From positions 1,302,001 through 1,366,000 of the forward strand of contig NEEC01000017.1 in the NCBI GenBank assembly GCA_002189035.1: 64,000 nt of DNA, read 5' to 3'. Positions 53,301 through 64,000 of this stretch are shown piece by piece. Below the pieces are notes generated by a model. The model searched no databases and was not told the DNA's origin. It saw nothing but the letters and a program-made list of their open reading frames with translations. Origin of the DNA: Utricularia gibba (lineage: Eukaryota > Plantae > Magnoliophyta). Within the stretch, counting starts at the first letter, position 1. Each line of letters starts with the position of its first letter. The translations under genes were made by a program, and so were the position numbers.

Positions 53301-54146
53301 ATCTTCCGAAACATGTAAGCTAACATCTCTATTCTTGAATGCTTAGGATTTACCAGGTTCAAGTGGCATAATGCAAGTAAGTTCCAATCATCAAACTACC
53401 TCTACTTGGAAAATGTTGGAGTCGATTATGCACGTTTTTCCTTGATGCTTATTTGTTTTCTTCTGAGATGTAGAACTAGACAGAATAGTCTTTTGTTTAA
53501 CTTGTTGGAATCTCTGTTCCCAAAAAACACTAGAGAGTTGAGACATGGTCTCTTCAATTTCATACCCCTGAGTTTGTTCATTTACAAGACAATGGGCCGA
53601 GATAAGAGATTGGAGTACGCTGCATCATTTGAGATATGCTACCTTTTCCGGCTGCTGTACTACCTAGGAACGCAATACCCAATAATGGGTGCCCTCAGGT
53701 GATCTCATCGTTCAGAACAATCCATTGGTGAGCTTGGTGTCTGAGAAACATGCTACTCCTCCACCTGACCATGCTTTTCTTATTACCAGGATGTCATATC
53801 CCAACGACTACGAGCTCTACAAGAGGATCGACGAGTCTGCAAAAAAGGAAAAGTATGTGCTCTTATCGAAGTTTGCAAGACGGCCTAGCGGCCAGGAGAT
53901 CAATGACTCCTTCGAAGGGAAAAGCAGGTGACAGCCTCAAACTACTATGATGCACTCCCTTTTGTTCCCCATTGACGCCATTAGTGAATGTGTGTGTTAC
54001 TTGCAGAGGTAAGGCCGAGGACACTGGAATATGGTGAGAATAATCAGACATCCGCCCATCCATTTTCTTCTGAGGGAAAACTAGTTTCACAGATTCTGAT
54101 GAGCTTGATGTGTTTCTGCAGGAGGTTCTTCAGCAACTTATTCTGA
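50363..54146 (+). CDS. ADK5-like: Plastid adenylate kinase-DUF1995 two-domain protein (AMK5/ADK5-like) with degenerate kinase active site
   Basis: Transit peptide. ADK fold: VIISGAPGSGTGT, SIGDILRAEV, GWVLDGYPQ, RCVGRRLDP. DUF1995: WRGIPTRLNNIPHSREIRKYFY..IPELNPEMDVYRIGTLMELVR..VCVQGSMGEG..RPVILVNPRLKDLP. Stop at 54144-54146. Confidence 0.92.
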
Positions 54147-54847
54147 ACTGAGAAGCAGCACCTGCCATTGAAAACAAAATAAAAAAAAAACTGAGAAGCT
54201 GAATAATTTTTCGTATTTTTATTTATCCCTCATAATTCATTTTCGTGTGAAGTTTGGTGGCGATATCTTAACTTACCGTAGGTACAAAAAATTTAATCCC
54301 TATGACTCAAAATTATATAATAGATTTTTCAATTTACTTTTTTTATAGATAGTTTGTTTTTCAATTTATGAAATTATATATTTAGTTTATTATGTTACTG
54401 AAACTAATTAATTTTAATTTTAATATTGTTACAACATTGCATTATATAAGATGTGATATAATCATTATTATTTTAAATCATATGAAAAATAAATATGATA
54501 TAACTCTAATAGGGATATTATTCAATTCGTTGAACTTAAGACACGAAAAGTATTAATATAAAATTTTATTGAGTTTGAAATTAGAGTCGGTTTATAATCG
54601 GGTGAATCAATTCATTTTTTAAAAATTTTGAAAATCATTTGGATTTTCATTGTATGGTTTTGACAAATTAAGATTACTTTTTTATAATTTTCAAAGTTGA
54701 GGGTTACATTTTTTATACTAACTAAAATTTGAATTGTTGTTTTTACAATTTTATTCTTTATTTTTATATAAAATGTAATACTTGTTTCCAAAGTCGCACG
54801 TGAGATCACGTGATATGCCCCCACTTCCCGTCCCTTGCCGCCAAATT

Positions 54848-54859
54848 CTTCCCGCCAAG
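54848..54859. promoter_or_regulatory. E2F-like site in the MCM5 promoter
   Basis: CTTCCCGCCAAG, a near-palindromic one-mismatch match to TTTCCCGCCAAA, about 90 nt upstream of the MCM5 ATG. MCM genes are established E2F targets. Confidence 0.45.
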
Positions 54860-54945
54860 AACAGCGCTAGGAGTTCCCCTACCCGGCTGATCCAGAATTC
54901 AGCATTTTCAGTTTCACACGCAGAAGCGGTGAGGCAGAGTGAGAA

Positions 54946-59039
<4,094 letters not shown>

Positions 59040-59190
59040 AAAGTCATTCAGTGATGGGAACAAGAAACAGTGAATTTAGTGTAGGGGAGGTGCATCAACT
59101 ATCAAATTATTGGAAAAATGTCATCCCTATGACGAGTTGAAGCAGTAGAACACACATAACTCAATACAAATGTACAATGAATTACAGATC

Positions 59191-61660
59191 TCAGCCTGCC
59201 TTGGATGTTCTCGACACAGCCGGTAATACGACCGCGTCGAGATTTGCAGGGTAAGGCATCCACAGACCCAACCCACCTCGGCTCTCTCTTAACTCAGGGT
59301 GTTTCTTGAACTCTTCTATTGTTTTCACCCACTCTACTTTAGATGAATGTTCTCGGATGTGCGGGTGCAGTGTGAAAATGGAGTTGTATTCACAGTTCGG
59401 AAACATAAAAAATTTGAACTTGGCACCTAGCCTATGCACAACATACCCAAAACTCAGCTGATCTCTTGGTGTGAGGAGGTGAACCTCGTTGAACCATAAG
59501 CAGCTGAACAGGTTATTCATTGCAGTATGCTCACGGATGATGATCGCTCCTTCAGGAACATCTGCATATATAAAAAAAAAAAGGCATGCATGACTATGGG
59601 AAACTGTTGAAGAAAGCTCCAGCGCTTCTGAAATGTGAATAATATGCTTTCAAGGACCTATCTTACCACTGAGGGTGCTTTTGAGTGGACTCCATGGCTG
59701 CATTCCCTCGTACCAGTAGATTTTCATGTGCAGATCGATCAGGGGGCGAGCATATCTTTTCCTCCGCTTGTTTGAATCTGCCTCTTCATATATACTGCGG
59801 TGATGCTTATGCTGAGCAATGGCAAACGTGTGCTTTCCACGCCACAAATATCTACAATAGAGATAAAACCTCAAAGCGTGACTATGAATAGCCTTGTAGC
59901 ATTTTTGGATGAGGCATTGGATTCCCTATCAAAGTTTGTAAAAGATATTTGGTGCAGTTTGGGGTTAGAGAATCATATACCTCTCCAACAGAAGCAATGG
60001 ATCAACAATAAGCTCCATTTTCCCGTCAATCCAAATACTGTATTGGGTTTGTGGAAACAACCTATGGGTTAGAATCTTTGGGACCTTTCCATTTCTCCTG
60101 GGTTCATCATAAGGTTGGTGCTGGAGCAGAATGAGGCGCCAGATGCCGATCCACAGTCCTCCATCACTATCCTCTCTGATAGTGACATTGCTTTTGATGA
60201 ATTCAAGTGAGACTTCATCAACCACCATTAGGAAACAAAATATAGACTTTGATCGTTTACTGACATTTGACGGCTCGTGAGGTGTGTCATATGCATCAAA
60301 AATGCCTGACGCAACAACAAATCTGCATTTCTTCACATACTCAACATCTTTTGGAGCCATTTCTTCGCCTCCACCAGATATAAACCCACAATGCAGCTGA
60401 AGTATTACTTGTCATAGTTAAAGCAGATAGAAGAGGCAGAACATAACTCATCAGAGAATACACGCATGAAAGAAGATTAACAACAAACCCGCTTTTACCA
60501 CTTGATGACATTCGCATTTTTAGAAAGAAAAAAATCTCATATTGCGAAAACCAGATAAATAAAATAAGCATTTAACATTCCAAAGTGTAATGTACTACCT
60601 CCATAGTTGGCTTGACTTTGAAGCTCTCCTCTCTCTGCTCCCATGTAATATACCCACCAAAGAGTGGTTGAGATTCACTGTCACTGGAACTATCTTCCAC
60701 AATATAGGACAGTTCATGCACCACTTCATCAGGTGTCCTTCCTTCCGGGATGACTATTTTATTTGGGTCATTGGCAAGTGGTATAGGACAACCTTCATTT
60801 TGGGTAAGGCCTCTTAATATATCGATCCGCAATATAAAAGATGAAGATAAGGCAAAACAGGGAAAAAAAAAAAGATGAAATGCAGCTCTTACGATGTAGT
60901 GGTGCCACAAGCCCTATTGTGTTTAACACGCCATGTACCTTGTTATCATTGTTGCAAAGTCCTGCAAACCAAAATAACAAATGAGCAACAATGTGTGCCT
61001 GAAAGAGAAACTGACACTCTTTTGTGTAACAAAATTTTCATTGTGGATCCAAAAAAAAAAATCAAAAAACTCACAAAAGAACTTATTACAGAACAAGGAC
61101 AGCTTCAACATTAGAGAAAGTCACGGTAGCATAGCATATGACCGTGGACATAAGCAGCAAACAAGAGAGCATAGCTTGAAAATCTGTAAGCGGCAATTGC
61201 ACGCTATTTTTTTTTTTTTTTTTGTTCTACGGGAAGATAATTGCACGCTAAATTAAGCACCATAAAAATCTGAATGCCCAGTAGCTCACTCTAATTCGGT
61301 AGCTCATAAAAAGCAGTTCCTTATCAAAAAAATTAGGGCGATTCCTACCTGAAAAATCTGAACTAGTAGATTGGCAAGACCAAATATGAATCAAAGAGAC
61401 GGTGACAATCAACAAAATCGCAATAATTCCGCCGATCAAGGTCGATCGAATGAAACCCTTTCTCCATAAGCCCATTGAATAATCTTGCGACACTTTCTCA
61501 CCATACAACGGATCTCCATCGTCTACATTAAGAGTTCAGAGCATAAACACACCGAAACACAACCCATACGAAGCGACATAAATATAGCACCTTTCGGTAT
61601 TTGAAGAGGATTTCTCCGTCCAGCTCGCGAAGAAATAGACCTCTGGGCGTCCGTTTCCAT
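59191..61660 (-). CDS. DUF616 (MUCI70/TOD1-family) Golgi glycosyltransferase-like type II membrane protein
   Basis: METDAQRSIS../TM helix GFIRSTLIGGIIAILLIVTVSLIHIWSCQS/CPIP../FVVASGIFDAYD..CFLMVVDE..RRNGKVPKILTHRLFP..SIWIDGK/AIAQHKHH/CLWFNEV..RDQLSF. Confidence 0.88.
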
Positions 61661-62090
61661 CCAAATCAAAGCTTCAGCTGACAATGGACATGGGCTTGCG
61701 ATGAGCTCCGGCAAAAGAAAACTGGAGTGGAGCTATAGAAAATAGAAGAAGACGCCTGATTTTCTGGTAATATCATTTTTCATTAATATTAATTAATTAA
61801 TTCGTTGACCCATATTCTAAAACTCGAATCGAATCGAATCGGCGGGTCGGATCTTTCGATCACAGAACAATTAGGGCTCTTTTAAGGGACTCAGGCCCAG
61901 CGAGTCTTCATGTAAATGGGCTCACTGTGACCCAATTACTCAGTGGCCCATCAATACCCAGCGTAGCCCAGAAACGGGGAAAAAGTCGACGAATCGCCTA
62001 GAAACGTGTAGAAGCCAGGACGAAGCTCTCCAATGTGCAAATCGCGTGGTTAGGGTTGATGTACATCTCTTTGTAAAAAGACAACGAGAA

Positions 62091-63496
62091 ATGGCAGTGA
62101 TTGAAGAAGCCCCGGCTGACAACGATCGCAAGTCTCCGGAGGCTGCGACGGCTCGTGCGAGTTACAATTCTGACGGTTATGAGACCGCCAGCGATACAGA
62201 GCTGCAGGAGGATGTTTCGGAGGCTGAAAACCATTCTAAACATCCTCGCAGTAATGAGACAGATACTTGTTGTGTCAGCAGTGTTGGACATGGAGAGGAT
62301 TCGGCGAGCGGTGAGAGTAAGGTAAAAGCATCACTGGAGAAAGCTGAAAGTATCGGAGCTGAAGCTATCGAGGTTGTAAACAATTTTATTGGATCATGAG
62401 ATAAAGTTTATGTTACCGGATTTTTTCGGTTGATTCTAGTTTATGAAGATGGCTGGTTTTCATGAATTGATTTTCATTGCTGAAATTGCGTTGGTTGGAG
62501 TCGTATCATTTTGACTTTATTTCTATGTTTTTGAGAAGCAGAAAGCTTTGGTGGAAGCAAATGATGCAAAAGCTGAGGGAAATGCCTTGTTTAAATCAGG
62601 ACTTTATGTAGAGGCATTGTCCAAGTATGAGTTTGCGATACAGATTGCCCCTGAATGTTCTTCATCTAGTGAAGTTCGTTCAATGTGCTTTGCAAACAGA
62701 GCTGTGTGTTTCTTTAAACTGGTATTTTACTAATATCGCCTGTGTTTTTTTCAATGCAATGGTGATGATCATTGACACATATAACATTATATGGGATTCA
62801 GGGGAAGTATGAGGAGACAATCAAGGAGTGTACGAAGGCACTAGAACTGAACCCTGGCTACGTGAAAGCTATTTTAAGAAGAGCGGAGGCCCATGAAAAG
62901 CTTGAACATTTTGAAGAGTCCATTACAGGTAAGATTAACACCTAGGGATCTACATTGTAATGTCTTTTTTGTTTGGTTTTTATGCATTTCTCCACACAGA
63001 TATGAACAAGATCCTGGAACTGGATCCTTCGAATGACCAAGCTAGGAAATCTATCATACGCTTGAAGCCATTGGCTGATGAAAAGCGAGAAAAAATGAAA
63101 GAAGAGATGATAGGTTAGTGAATTTGTGTTGGTAACCCTTTTTACCTATTCAAGCCGTACTTGGCAATCTGAACCACATTTCTCTTTTACCCTTGATCTA
63201 TTTGGCTTTCCCTGAACTCAGCATGGTTTCTATGCCGCAAATATCATTTCATGCGCTGCACTCTTGTAAAGAATAGGAATGTCTTCCTTTCTTTTGTGCA
63301 ACCTCAGCATGGGGCATCCGCCTCTGTTAGATGATGTCTGGCTCAATGCCTGTACTTGATGACCTTGTTCTTGATTGCAGGAAAACTTAAGGAAATGGGG
63401 AACTCCATCCTTGGTCGCTTTGGAATGAGTGTTGAAAATTTTAAGGCTGTCAAAGACCCAAACACAGGCTCCTATTCCATTTCATTCCAGCGCTAA
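62091..63496 (+). CDS. TTC1-like tetratricopeptide repeat protein
   Basis: Acidic N-terminus with DGYETASD; TPRs AKAEGNALFKSGLYVEALSKY, CFANRAVCF, CTKALELNPGYVKAILRRAEAHEKL; C-terminal GKLKEMGNSILGRFGMSVENF..SYSISFQR*. Confidence 0.9.
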
Positions 63497-63762
63497 GATG
63501 ATGCTCAAGTAAAACTCTTTCACAGTGACTGTGACTTGATTGTGGAATTCATCCCGCATAGTGTGAATTTGGCATGTGTTTGCGTTAATGGTATAATATT
63601 GAATGATAAACGAAATCGGGGAATGTGGCACGTGTTGATTGCTGCCTGATTCGATAATTTAGTAATTTAATTGGGGGCCAAGTCACTGAAAAGTGGCAAT
63701 GCAGAAGGGGAATTTATGAAACTTTCCCAGGGAAAGGAAGTGAAGGGCAGGGGCGGAGGAAG

Positions 63763-63958
63763 ATGGTGAAGATCACGGCGTTGCTCGCATTGAAATGCCT
63801 CTCAGAGGGAGGCGATCCGATCATCTTTGCTAACGCTTCCGATCTAAGCAATTTCGGCTTCTTTCAACGTCCCAGCGTTAAGGAGTTTATCGTGTTCTTC
63901 GGTCGCGCGGTAGCGAAGCGGACGCCTTTGAACCAACGCCAGTCGGTGCAGCATGAAG
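63763..63958 (+). CDS. YKT6: R-SNARE YKT6, first exon only (window ends)
   Basis: MVKITALLALKC..DPIIFANASDLSNFGFFQRPSVKEFIVFFGRAVAKRT..QRQSVQHE, then a GT donor at 63959. Confidence 0.9.
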
Positions 63959-64000
63959 GTGTGTATCAATCATACCTTATTCCCCCAGGCCACCTCTTTT

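Overview
Eukaryotic plant nuclear DNA from a very compact, eudicot-like genome. About 24 genes lie in 64 kb, most introns are roughly 65-110 nt with GT-AG ends, and spacers are AT-rich with MITE-like elements. Gene order: secreted LEA-like (+), small thylakoid-type membrane protein (-), UBC E2 (+), uncharacterised plant protein (-), mini zinc finger MIF (-), PRE/ILI HLH (-), MIKC MADS-box (+), DXS clade 2 (-), OCTOPUS-like DUF740 (-), PI31 (+), DCD-kelch (+), PERK kinase (+), PR-10/Bet v1 (-), organellar RRF (+), type II ROP (-), subfamily-X bHLH (-), METTL5 (+), glyoxal oxidase (+), F-box remnant (-), plastid adenylate kinase-DUF1995 (+), MCM5 (+), DUF616 glycosyltransferase-like (-), TTC1-like TPR (+), YKT6 (+, cut by window end). 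Three observations stand out. (1) The MADS gene has canonical M-I-K exons, but its only available final exon splices in phase into an intact, catalytically degenerate LINE-type RNase H-like (RVT_3) domain, giving a predicted MADS-K-RNaseH fusion of about 353 aa. (2) The plastid adenylate kinase domain has lost the P-loop Lys and two catalytic Arg residues while its DUF1995 partner domain is well conserved, which suggests a pseudoenzyme. (3) About 10 single-base frameshifts, nearly all a missing G/C in a short run, break otherwise conserved genes and most likely reflect assembly homopolymer errors. All exon structures and family assignments were read by hand and from recalled family motifs; no database search was run. 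I saw no tRNA, rRNA or CRISPR array.
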